The notes below the pieces were generated by a model that did not search any database, had not been told where the DNA came from, and worked only from the letters and a program-made list of their open reading frames with translations. A stretch of 64,000 nucleotides of DNA from Minisyncoccia bacterium. Its GTDB lineage: Bacteria; Patescibacteriota; Minisyncoccia; SW-4-49-11. The stretch covers positions 1 to 64,000 of the forward strand of contig JBIKVS010000003.1 in assembly GCA_044356725.1 (NCBI GenBank), in the 5' to 3' direction. This document shows, in pieces, positions 51,836 through 61,352 of the stretch; within the stretch, counting starts at the first letter, position 1; every line of letters begins with the position of its first letter. Made by a program: the position numbers and the translations under genes.

Positions 51836-53704
51836 ATGAAAAAATATTCAGGATTTACATTATTAGAAATACTATTATATGTAGTTATTGGTGGAGTCAC
51901 TTTAGCTGTAGCTGTATTTTCATTTGCTCAATTGAATAGACTCTCTACTTCTTTTAGAGTTAATAATGAATTAAATCAAACTGGCAGCTCAATTATTAGT
52001 CAAATTCAAAATATAATCAATGAAGCTGATACTATTATAAGTCCCAAATTAGGTAATAATCCTGATAACACTCTAGTCTTGAGAAAAGGGAATGTCGACA
52101 CTACTATAACCCAATCAGATAATAATATAGTTGTATCTTATAGTGATAGTACCCCATCCTTCAATCTGAATCCAGCTGGGATACTAGCTGTAAACACTCC
52201 ATCACCCACTCTATCATTCGAACAAATTGATACTCAAGAGAATAAAGATCCAAACAATATATCTCAAACTCTAAAGCTAAAATTTACTCTTAGGTATAAC
52301 AAACCTGCCTTTAGTAGTTATGAATATGAGGCTGAGAAGGCTTTTGAAACTACTTTACAATTATCTAAAAAAGCCACTGCCTTTGAGCCTATTCTTAACA
52401 CATATTCAACAGGAGCCAATGGAGTCGCTTATGGGTTAAGAAAATTAGTTGGATTTAATACTAATACCAATCTATTATCCTCAGCCTATAATGGACCTGC
52501 AATTAGAGTTAGAAGAGATACTGGATTAGATCAAAGTGAAATGGATATAGGCTTTAATTCTAGAGGAGAATTAGACACAGTAGCTTTACAAAATTTTGTT
52601 GGTTATCAAAACTTTTTTAATTATTCTGAAGATATAACTAGTCCTAATGGTGGTTGGAGTTTGAATAATATAACAACCATATCAGATAATACAATAGCAC
52701 CTGATGGGACTAATACTGCTGAGAAAGTTAATCTGAATACTGGTAATACTCAAAGATTTATATTAAAGGATACAAATATAGTCAGTGGGGCTACTTATAC
52801 CGACTCCTATTATGTAAAAGCTAATAATAATTATAATTTTGTTCAGATAGCAACTAGTACTGGTTTTTCAACCACAGCTTATCAGAACTATAATCTAAGC
52901 AATGGCACACTGGTAAGTTCATCTGGAGTTACTGCTGGGCAAGCTAATATTCAATCTGTAGGAAATGGTTGGTATCGTATTTCTCTCTCAGCCACAGCTA
53001 CTGCATCTGGTGCTGGAAGAATGGTTTTAGCTATTGTAAATTCAGCTACTTCTGCCAGATTAGAGAATGTCAATGTAGCTAATACTACAGACTCAATATT
53101 TGTATGGGGTGGCATGAGACATCTTGGGAACACCCTGAAGACTTATCAAAAAACAACTATCAATGCTAATACTGGGGACGGGTATATCTCTACTTGGTAT
53201 GACCAATCTGGCAATAAGAATAATGCTATTCAAACTAATACATCAGCTCAACCTAAAATTGTAGATGGAGTTACAGGAATAGTATTACAAAATAATAAAC
53301 CAGCCATTAGATTTGATGGTTCTGATGACCAATTAGTAAATACATCTTTTAATAATGCTACCAACTCTACAGCATTCTTTATAGCTAGTAGACTCACTAA
53401 CAATCAATCCTTTATGGCAAGATCTAACAATTATGCTACCTTAGGAGCTACAGATTTATTCAATCCATATTATCTGAATAAATCTAGCACATCTGCAACA
53501 CCTGGATCAGATACTAAAAATAGTCTAAATCTATATACAGCTATTAGAACTTCAGCTATTAATAGCACTCTTAATATAGGAGCTGGAAGTACTGGAAATT
53601 TCTTAAATGGTCATATATCTGAGCTAATTATATATGATGGTAATAAATTAGCTAATAAATTAGATATTGAGAATAATCTTAGAGATTATTACGGAACTCC
53701 ATAA
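51836..53704 (+). CDS. PilW-like minor pilin with phage-type lectin/spike modules
   Basis: SG|FTLLEILLY; AYGLRKL..GPAIRVRR, APDGTNTAEK, GNGWYRIS, WYDQSGN, GHISELIIY. Confidence 0.78.
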   Translation: MKKYSGFTLLEILLYVVIGGVTLAVAVFSFAQLNRLSTSFRVNNELNQTGSSIISQIQNIINEADTIISPKLGNNPDNTLVLRKGNVDTTITQSDNNIVVSYSDSTPSFNLNPAGILAVNTPSPTLSFEQIDTQENKDPNNISQTLKLKFTLRYNKPAFSSYEYEAEKAFETTLQLSKKATAFEPILNTYSTGANGVAYGLRKLVGFNTNTNLLSSAYNGPAIRVRRDTGLDQSEMDIGFNSRGELDTVALQNFVGYQNFFNYSEDITSPNGGWSLNNITTISDNTIAPDGTNTAEKVNLNTGNTQRFILKDTNIVSGATYTDSYYVKANNNYNFVQIATSTGFSTTAYQNYNLSNGTLVSSSGVTAGQANIQSVGNGWYRISLSATATASGAGRMVLAIVNSATSARLENVNVANTTDSIFVWGGMRHLGNTLKTYQKTTINANTGDGYISTWYDQSGNKNNAIQTNTSAQPKIVDGVTGIVLQNNKPAIRFDGSDDQLVNTSFNNATNSTAFFIASRLTNNQSFMARSNNYATLGATDLFNPYYLNKSSTSATPGSDTKNSLNLYTAIRTSAINSTLNIGAGSTGNFLNGHISELIIYDGNKLANKLDIENNLRDYYGTP

Positions 53705-53711
53705 GTTTAGT

Positions 53712-53932
53712 TAATATTTTTTAAAGTAAGTTTATGTTCTCTGAAATATAATACGGTAAATCTCAGTATTTTTTAAATCCAAAAGGACTGAGCTCTGCCT
53801 TCTAAAAATCACTACCTACTTTTTACCTCTTAACCCATGTTTTCATAGATAAGCCTCGGCTTTTGTCATTGATGATCTGAGCTTATTTTCTACGGCCTTG
53901 AGATGTTTATTATATTTATTGTTTTCTCTCAT
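53712..53932 (-). pseudogene. DUF559 (Vsr-like) endonuclease pseudogene
   Basis: From ATG 53932: MRENNKYNKHLKAVENKLRSSMTKAEAYL*KHGLRGKK*VVIFRRQ, then frameshifted GFK/ILRFT...ISENI; catalytic middle deleted. Confidence 0.78.
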
Positions 53933-53966
53933 CTATTTTGGTGTTTAGATAAAGTTGGAAGATCTT

Positions 53967-54064
53967 AGTCCTCCTCCGTCACCTACGGTGACACCTCCCC
54001 CAAGGGAGGACAGTTCTTATCTTGTCTCCATTTGGAGGGAGTACCCGCAGGGGGAGGGAGGACA
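53967..54064. repeat. Composite repeat island 4 (two hairpin-family copies)
   Basis: 53967-54013 is the reverse complement of 23353-23399 with 1 change; 54023-54064 matches 15313-15354. Confidence 0.9.
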
Positions 54065-54068
54065 GAGC

Positions 54069-55259
54069 CTACAGCCCAAATCTACCTTTGGTAGCATTGA
54101 AGTTTTGTTGAATTTCTTCTGGGGTAAGTGCTCTACTATAAAATTTTGCAGAATATATTCTACCATTAAAAAATCCATAACTTGGGTAAGCGCCTATCAA
54201 ATCTGTAGTGATTTTTACATTTGTTCTTGTACTAGCTAGACCATTTTTTATAAATGTTCCATTTATATAAAGAGAAGGAACTTTATTTGTATAATTTACT
54301 ACTATATGAATTGGGGCATTTATAGTAACTGAGTGCGATAATAATGGAGGCATATAAGCAGCTGAATGCTCATAAACACTTATACCATTAGTTCCAACTG
54401 ATATTCCAGAACCGGCATCAGGAGATGCAACAAATTGAGGGCCAATTACATATTTTTGTCCTGATGTACCCCCAAAACCAGAATTAGTTTGTGATTCTAT
54501 TTCGTGAGTTGTTTGTGGTAGGCACCAAATATCGTATGAAAAATTATTAAAAACATTAGAAGTACTTGAGGATACTCTATCATCGCCCCCATCAAAGACT
54601 AAAGCACCTCCATTAGCAGAGTTGTAGGTAGGAGTAGAAGGAGCTGGAGCAAGTGTCCCATTATTATTGTTCCCACTTAAATCAAACCAGGTATTTTGGG
54701 CTGTATTTAAACCTGGATAACTATTTATATTACCTGCATCTAGATGTAATACTAGTCCATTAGTGACTATAGATGGAGTGATTGTATTAGATTGTAGTTC
54801 AGTAGTAGCTTCTTTATTAATTACTCCTGACTTATTAATTATAATAGACTTACTTACTCCCCCACCAGTTAAATCTATTTTAATAGAATCATTACTCAAG
54901 TCTAGTTCACCATTGATAAGCTTGAATGGTATGTCTAATGTCTGTTCTGAACTGACTGTGATGCCAGAATTGATTGTGATAATTTCAGGATATTGAGTAG
55001 ATGTACAGGTTACTGCTGTTATAGTGTATGTTTTAGCAGTATTATCTATACATACTCTCCATTGAGAATCTTTATACTGATTTTTAGATAATTGTTGGGC
55101 TCTTAGCAATGCATTGTAGAGAGATTCATGGGCTGCACTTAAATCATTGCGGATTACTATACTAGATACTAAAGGTGTCGTAATAGCTATAAGAATAGCT
55201 ATCAAAACTATTACTAAAGTAATTTCTATTAATGTAAAACCTTTATATTTACCCTTCAT
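54069..55259 (-). CDS. FimT/GspH-like pilin fused to LamG domain
   Basis: KG|FTLIE; IVTNGLVLHLDAG..SYPG..WFDLSGNNNNG, YSRALTPEEIQQNFNATKGRFG. Confidence 0.82.
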   Translation of the reverse strand: MKGKYKGFTLIEITLVIVLIAILIAITTPLVSSIVIRNDLSAAHESLYNALLRAQQLSKNQYKDSQWRVCIDNTAKTYTITAVTCTSTQYPEIITINSGITVSSEQTLDIPFKLINGELDLSNDSIKIDLTGGGVSKSIIINKSGVINKEATTELQSNTITPSIVTNGLVLHLDAGNINSYPGLNTAQNTWFDLSGNNNNGTLAPAPSTPTYNSANGGALVFDGGDDRVSSSTSNVFNNFSYDIWCLPQTTHEIESQTNSGFGGTSGQKYVIGPQFVASPDAGSGISVGTNGISVYEHSAAYMPPLLSHSVTINAPIHIVVNYTNKVPSLYINGTFIKNGLASTRTNVKITTDLIGAYPSYGFFNGRIYSAKFYSRALTPEEIQQNFNATKGRFGL

Positions 55260-55267
55260 ACTTTGAT

Positions 55268-56539
55268 TTAAGCTTGAAAATTACCAACTAAGCTATAAAT
55301 TGGGAGTAAAATAGCAACTGCCAAAAATACAACACCTACCCAAACTATTATCAATAAAGCCGGTTCTAATAGAACAGCAATGTTCTTAGCAATCTGCTCT
55401 GATTCCTGCTCATATCTCTCCCCCAATTGCTCCAATACTTCTGGTAACTTTCCTGACTCTTCCCCAGCTGTTATAATTTCTTGAGCTGCGAATGGAAGTA
55501 TTGAATTAGTTCTTTTCTTATTCACCTCAAATATATTATGAAAACTTTTACCACTTTGAATATAATTGGCTAAAAATTGGGTGTAGTTTTTGTACATATA
55601 ATAATCGTGAATTTTAGATAAAGACAATAAAGCCTTCGTGATAGGAATACCTGAATTTAATAACATTGCAAGGTTATAAGCAAACCTAGAGACCTCAGTT
55701 TTAACGATTAAATCATTGAATACTGGTAAATGAAATAATAGCCACTGACCAGACTTTCTTGTTGCTGGAAAGACGAAAAGCACTAAAATTGATAGAACCA
55801 ATGTTCCTACAATTAAAGGTATAATAATATACCAATACTTAGACATAAATTCTCCAATTTGGATTAAAATTCTAGTCATTACTGGTAATTTTACATTCAT
55901 ATTCGAGAATACCTGTCCAATTCTAGGCAAAATGAAAGTTGAAACTCCTATACCCAAAACTAAAACCAGTGTAAGAACAAATATAGGATAGAATAAGGCC
56001 GATCTTAATTGTGCTCTACGCCTTTGATCCTTGTCTAGTGATATAACTGTTCTTTTAATTTTATCTGCTAAATTTCCTGATTCTTCACCAATTTGAATTA
56101 AAGAAATTAAGAAATCTGGTAAGAAATTATGGTCTTGCATTGTTTGAGACAAACTACTACCACTTTCCACACTGCTTAACATTGAGTTGAGTGTTTTTTT
56201 CAAAGTTTTATCTTGAGTATTTTTATATAATATCCTTAAAGAAGTATTTACACCCATACCAGAACCTACTAATAATGCTAGGTTATCTAAAAAGGTTTTT
56301 TTTGCTTTAGTAACTTTACTGCTACCTCTTTTCACTTTAGTACGAGTTGGAGTTTGATTCTGAAATGATTGCTTTGCATACAGTTGCTCAATTTCAGTAA
56401 AAACTGACTGATTAGCATTATCTATATTAACATCAGGATTTTGAGTTTCAATTGTATAATTAGGACTAACAACTTGATCTGTAGTTGTATTTAGATTATT
56501 AATCACGTCTTTTGATGTATCTTTTTTCTTAAAAAACAT
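55268..56539 (-). CDS. pilC: Type IV pilus platform protein PilC/GspF
   Basis: Two GEESG repeats, ALFYP, LLEPALL, ILLPIY. Confidence 0.92.
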   Translation of the reverse strand: MFFKKKDTSKDVINNLNTTTDQVVSPNYTIETQNPDVNIDNANQSVFTEIEQLYAKQSFQNQTPTRTKVKRGSSKVTKAKKTFLDNLALLVGSGMGVNTSLRILYKNTQDKTLKKTLNSMLSSVESGSSLSQTMQDHNFLPDFLISLIQIGEESGNLADKIKRTVISLDKDQRRRAQLRSALFYPIFVLTLVLVLGIGVSTFILPRIGQVFSNMNVKLPVMTRILIQIGEFMSKYWYIIIPLIVGTLVLSILVLFVFPATRKSGQWLLFHLPVFNDLIVKTEVSRFAYNLAMLLNSGIPITKALLSLSKIHDYYMYKNYTQFLANYIQSGKSFHNIFEVNKKRTNSILPFAAQEIITAGEESGKLPEVLEQLGERYEQESEQIAKNIAVLLEPALLIIVWVGVVFLAVAILLPIYSLVGNFQA

Positions 56540-56544
56540 ATATT

Positions 56545-58278
56545 TTAACTATATTCTTCTGGTATTTGTGCAACTCTCATAACTTCATCTAATGTAGTAA
56601 CTCCTATTTTTACTTTTTCTATACCGTCCTCAAATAAGGACATAGCTCCCTGTTTACGAGCTACTTTAGCTATGATATCAGAGGTAGGTTTATGTAAGAC
56701 TAGTTCTCTTAATTCTTCTGACATTTCTATCAACTGATAAATTCCACTTCTACCTTTATATCCTGTAAATCCACAGTTAGAGCATCCTTTACCTCTATAC
56801 AATGTTATACTCTCTTCTGAGAAAAATCTTTCAAGTGACTCACCTACTGTTTCTTCTAACTCTGTTCTATTTACTGTATAGGTATATACACAAGCTGAAC
56901 ATATTTTACGGACTAATCTTTGAGCTACAATAAGTTGTAATGTTGTAGAAAGTAAAAATGGGTCAATATCCATATTCAATAGTCTTGGCAAGGTACTTTC
57001 CCCATCATTAGCATGAACGGTTGAAAACAACAAATGTCCAGTTAAAGCTGCATTAATTGCAATTTGAGCTGTTTCATCATCTCTAATCTCTCCTACTAGA
57101 ATTATATTAGGATCTTGACGCAAAATTGATCGTAACCCACGAGCAAATGATAGGTCTGTTTCTTTATTAACTTGTATGTGATTAACTCCTTCAATTTTAT
57201 ACTCTACAGGATCTTCAATAGTAGTTATATTTCTACCTTCATCATTAACTGTTTTCAATATAGAATAAAGGGTTGTAGATTTCCCTGAACCAGTAGGACC
57301 TGTGACCAATACCATTCCAAATGGTTTTTGAGATGCCTTTCTTAATGTCTTTATATTTCTCTCATTAAGACCTAATGTGTCTAATGTAATGTTAGATAGT
57401 GTATTGGTTAAAACTCTAAGTGCAATTTTTTCTCCATATACAGTTGGTAAAATTGAAACTCGAACATCTGTAACTTGATTGTTTTTTTGGAAGCGAATGG
57501 CACCATCCTGAGGAATAAAATGCTCATCAGTTCTTAATTGTGCATTAACTTTAATTAAATTAAGAATATTTTCATAATATGAAAATGGTATTGTTCCAAC
57601 TTCTTGCAACATACCATCTACCCTAAATCGAATTCTGACACTTTTATTATATTGTGGCTCAAAATGTATATCTGATACTCTCTCCTCTAAGGCTTCTTCT
57701 ATAATTTCCTCTACAATCTCTGGAGCAACTGTGTCAAATTTATCCATTATGGATATAAATCTAGAAGATAAGGGGGCCTTATAGTTCAATAGAGATCTGT
57801 CTATATCCTGTGTTAAAGAGTATCCAAATTCTATAGGTTTTTGGAATAACTTGATAAGCTCTTGACTTAAATCTTTCTCTTCTATAATTTCTTTTTTCCC
57901 CCCAATAAATCCAGTTTTCTCTTCTCTTTTTATAATCAACTTAGCATTACCCTGCAATACAACCGGATTATCTGATGCAACTTGTATTTTATCAGCTAAG
58001 TCTTTGAAATACACTAATCTTAACTCACGAGCTACAGACTCGGGAATTTTCATAACATCATCTTTAGCTGGAATAAAAGTATTTAAATCAAAGTAAGAAA
58101 CTCCCCAGCTCTCTGCTAAAGCTTGCCCTATAATATCATACGTAATAATATTATTCTGAACTAAATAATCTATAGCAATAGCTGGGTCATTGTTAGTACT
58201 AGAAAGGGCTAACTTACAGTCATCTAAAGCTATATATTGCGTATTTACTAATAGATCTAATATTTCTTTTGGTTCCAT
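56545..58278 (-). CDS. pilB: Type IV pilus assembly ATPase PilB/GspE
   Basis: SDIHFEP, GPTGSGKSTT, TIEDPVE, LRQDP, GEIRD, ALTGH, CxxC..CxxC. Confidence 0.93.
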   Translation of the reverse strand: MEPKEILDLLVNTQYIALDDCKLALSSTNNDPAIAIDYLVQNNIITYDIIGQALAESWGVSYFDLNTFIPAKDDVMKIPESVARELRLVYFKDLADKIQVASDNPVVLQGNAKLIIKREEKTGFIGGKKEIIEEKDLSQELIKLFQKPIEFGYSLTQDIDRSLLNYKAPLSSRFISIMDKFDTVAPEIVEEIIEEALEERVSDIHFEPQYNKSVRIRFRVDGMLQEVGTIPFSYYENILNLIKVNAQLRTDEHFIPQDGAIRFQKNNQVTDVRVSILPTVYGEKIALRVLTNTLSNITLDTLGLNERNIKTLRKASQKPFGMVLVTGPTGSGKSTTLYSILKTVNDEGRNITTIEDPVEYKIEGVNHIQVNKETDLSFARGLRSILRQDPNIILVGEIRDDETAQIAINAALTGHLLFSTVHANDGESTLPRLLNMDIDPFLLSTTLQLIVAQRLVRKICSACVYTYTVNRTELEETVGESLERFFSEESITLYRGKGCSNCGFTGYKGRSGIYQLIEMSEELRELVLHKPTSDIIAKVARKQGAMSLFEDGIEKVKIGVTTLDEVMRVAQIPEEYS

Positions 58279-58326
58279 AATATATTTTTTAATTTTAATA
58301 TTTTAATTATATCATAAAATATAACT

Positions 58327-58692
58327 TTATGTAATCAGAACTTGTTTCACGGATTCAGCTAACTGACTAATTGAAACTTCTGATTTTACATAATAAGCAG
58401 TTATACCTAGCTTCTCAACACGAGTCCTATCTTCAGGTTGTCCTAAATTAGTCATAATAATTACCTTAGTAGATTTACTTTTTTTCCTAATAGATTCTAA
58501 TATTGTAAATCCATCAGCGCCTGGCAATATTAAGTCTAGCAGAATACAGTCAAAATCTTGTTTATCTATAATACCAAGAGCAATAGTACCATCGTTGGCC
58601 ACAGTGGTATCAAGTCCAATTTGCTTAAGCTTTAAATCTAAAACTCGTGCTATAGCTGGCTCATCTTCTATAATTAAAACTTTATATGACAT
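58327..58692 (-). CDS. Single-domain response regulator
   Basis: IIEDE, LLDLILPGADG, MTNL, YYVK. Confidence 0.9.
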   Translation of the reverse strand: MSYKVLIIEDEPAIARVLDLKLKQIGLDTTVANDGTIALGIIDKQDFDCILLDLILPGADGFTILESIRKKSKSTKVIIMTNLGQPEDRTRVEKLGITAYYVKSEVSISQLAESVKQVLIT

Positions 58693-58720
58693 AATCTTTG
58701 ATATATTTAAATTTATTATA

Positions 58721-60319
58721 TCACAGTTGACTTTTTATAACAATCGGTAATTCTAAAAAGAAAGTAGTTCCTTGATTTTCTTTTGATTCAAACCATACCG
58801 AACCATTCATAAGTTCAATTAATTTTTTAACTATATAAAGTCCTAGTCCATTACCATCTGGCTGACAGTTTTTAGCATTGTCTGCTCTAAATAATCTACC
58901 GAAAATTTGTGATTGTTGTGATTCTGGGATACCAATTCCTGTGTCTGAAATTGTTATCATTAATCTATTTTTATCTACTGCCTTATCAACTGTTAATCTA
59001 ATTTTACCATTTTGATTGCTATATTTAATAGCATTATGTAATATGTTCAAAAATATTATATCTAAATATATTGGGTCGTTTTCTATTGATTGAGTAAAAG
59101 GTATATCTTTTTCAAATGTTAAATTTTTTAAATCTATTTCTGATTGTAAGGTCTTTGACAATGACTCTATATATGTGCTTAAATCAATTTCTTGAGTACT
59201 AAATTGAATTTTACCTAAATCAATTCTAGATAAATTTAATAATGAATTGACTAACTTCTCCATTCGATTACCTTCTTTATATATATCATTAGCTGCAATA
59301 CGAACCTCATCATCAATAGAATTATTGGACAAAATAATTTCTGAATTCCATTTAATGGAGGTAATGGGAGTCCGCAACTGATGTGAGGCAAGTGATACAA
59401 ACTCTTTTTGAGCCCTCTCCGTTGTACGTTCTTGAGTAGTATCACGAAGGATATATACAGAACCTAATATATCCTTATCCAATATAATAGGATTGGATGT
59501 ATTCTCTAAAATTATATTTTTTTTCTTATTATTAGAGATGTAATTAAAAATACTTGTATATCTGTTTTTAGGGTTAATATTAAATTCTTCCTTACCATCA
59601 GAAATAGATTTATCTTCATTTAATTGTATATCTGGTAAGACATTGTAGATAAATTTACCAAGTATATCATTAACTCTTAAATCTAAAATATTTTCTAACT
59701 CTTTATTTACTAAAAATATATTCCCATCTTTACTTGTTACTAGAAGTCCATTTGGAAGGGAATCAATAATAGCATTTGTCTTTGCCTTTTCCAATTCTAA
59801 TAATTTTTGTTGGCTTTCTAACTGCTTTACTAAATTAGCCAACTCCTGTTTAGAGTCAGCTAATTCCTGATTTTGCTGCATTAACTCACTTAGTTTGTTC
59901 AAATAGCTCTCAGTACTTAAAGATAAATTAATTTTATTAGTCAGTGATGATCTATTCAACTGATATAGTGAGTTATTAACAAATTCATTTAAATATATCA
60001 CCTGTGCTTTGTCTATTGAATCTTTATTAACTAAATTAGATACTGTTTCAGAAATAATATTCAATGTTTCATAAACTGGTTTAATGATACCTATGTATAA
60101 TGTATAAGAGAAAAACCAACCTATGACAAATAATAATATAACTACCCCTATTAACAAGTGAGTGACTGAATCTGAATATATTATATCGATACCACCAGTA
60201 TACCGCAAATAAGCTAACCCTATAATAATAATATAGAGTATACTTGTAAATAATAATACTAATGCTGTAAATACACGAAACATTACTGACTTAATTAATG
60301 GATTAGATTTTGTATTCAT
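58721..60319 (-). CDS. PAS sensor histidine kinase
   Basis: 2 TM, coiled coil, PAS, ASHQLRTP, NAIKYS, DTGIGI, GNGLGL. Confidence 0.92.
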   Translation of the reverse strand: MNTKSNPLIKSVMFRVFTALVLLFTSILYIIIIGLAYLRYTGGIDIIYSDSVTHLLIGVVILLFVIGWFFSYTLYIGIIKPVYETLNIISETVSNLVNKDSIDKAQVIYLNEFVNNSLYQLNRSSLTNKINLSLSTESYLNKLSELMQQNQELADSKQELANLVKQLESQQKLLELEKAKTNAIIDSLPNGLLVTSKDGNIFLVNKELENILDLRVNDILGKFIYNVLPDIQLNEDKSISDGKEEFNINPKNRYTSIFNYISNNKKKNIILENTSNPIILDKDILGSVYILRDTTQERTTERAQKEFVSLASHQLRTPITSIKWNSEIILSNNSIDDEVRIAANDIYKEGNRMEKLVNSLLNLSRIDLGKIQFSTQEIDLSTYIESLSKTLQSEIDLKNLTFEKDIPFTQSIENDPIYLDIIFLNILHNAIKYSNQNGKIRLTVDKAVDKNRLMITISDTGIGIPESQQSQIFGRLFRADNAKNCQPDGNGLGLYIVKKLIELMNGSVWFESKENQGTTFFLELPIVIKSQL

Positions 60320-60323
60320 ATTT

Positions 60324-60758
60324 TTATTCTATAGTGTTAATAATAACTCCATTTTCGGCTAAAGGAGCTGAGACTATTACCCTCCCCTGATTATTTACAT
60401 ACACAGCATAGCCAGTAATATCTTCTCCCTGTTGCTGAGGGTCTATAGGAATGTTCCCAAAAGGAATATAAGCTTCTAAATCTGAACTGATATCTATTTT
60501 ACTATTATCTAGAGTACAGCCTGGCTGACAAATACTCTTAATATCATTTGTAACACCAGTAGGTAAATTTCCAGAATTAATATCTCTATATTGATTTATT
60601 GCTGTATAGATAGTCATTACATCCGCTTGTCTTTGAGCATTATTAATGTCTGCAATTTGTTGTCCTGGATTAATCAATCTAAACAGAATAACCATCAATA
60701 TACTAACTAAAGTCATAACTAATAATATTTCTAATAATGTAAATGCTTTTTTATTCAT
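60324..60758 (-). CDS. Type IV pilin
   Basis: KA|FTLLE, INP, ICxxxC, PIDP. Confidence 0.85.
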   Translation of the reverse strand: MNKKAFTLLEILLVMTLVSILMVILFRLINPGQQIADINNAQRQADVMTIYTAINQYRDINSGNLPTGVTNDIKSICQPGCTLDNSKIDISSDLEAYIPFGNIPIDPQQQGEDITGYAVYVNNQGRVIVSAPLAENGVIINTIE

Positions 60759-61318
60759 TATGGTGTATTGTCATTGAATACATTATTTATATCACCTAAA
60801 TTATCGTCAACTAGTCTATAATTAGCACTCTCAGCACTTACCCCTGTTGGTTTCTTAGTCATATTAATGAGTGTCTCTTTAAGTTCTATATCTTCCGTAT
60901 CTCCCTCTGGATTGATTTGATAAGTTACTTTCACTGTTACTAACTTAGCATCTGGAGTTACATCATTTTCAATTCTAACTCTACGAGTACGCACTGGATT
61001 ATCTAATTTATCTTGTGAAGAAATTGGCGCTAAAATAAGATTCCACTCACCATTTTCAAATGACAGCCCAAACTCTGCTCCACTAGGATTATTATCAAGA
61101 TCATCTGTATTAATTAATAAAGAATAATCTTTATCTCTAATTGACTTTAAAGCTATAATACCTTCCTTAGCCATAGCTAAAGCCTGACTTTGAGAGATAC
61201 TAGACTGATTGTTCCTCTGAGCTATAAGCATAGAGGCAACTATACCAGCTATGGCTAAAGCTAAAATTGAACCTGCCAACAAAACTTCTATAATACTATA
61301 ACCTTTTTTATATAACAT
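60758..61318 (-). CDS. PilV-like minor pilin
   Basis: KG|YSIIEVLLA; AKEGIIALKSIRD. Confidence 0.8.
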   Translation of the reverse strand: MLYKKGYSIIEVLLAGSILALAIAGIVASMLIAQRNNQSSISQSQALAMAKEGIIALKSIRDKDYSLLINTDDLDNNPSGAEFGLSFENGEWNLILAPISSQDKLDNPVRTRRVRIENDVTPDAKLVTVKVTYQINPEGDTEDIELKETLINMTKKPTGVSAESANYRLVDDNLGDINNVFNDNTP

Positions 61319-61352
61319 ATTTATTTTATAACTTGTTTATAATCTTATATTA

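Noticed and set aside
53843-53845. TGA recoding (table 4/25) suggested by TGA at a Trp position
   Set aside because: The same relic has a TAG and frameshifts; intact genes such as rodA and the kinase end at TGA and long ORFs are open in table 11.
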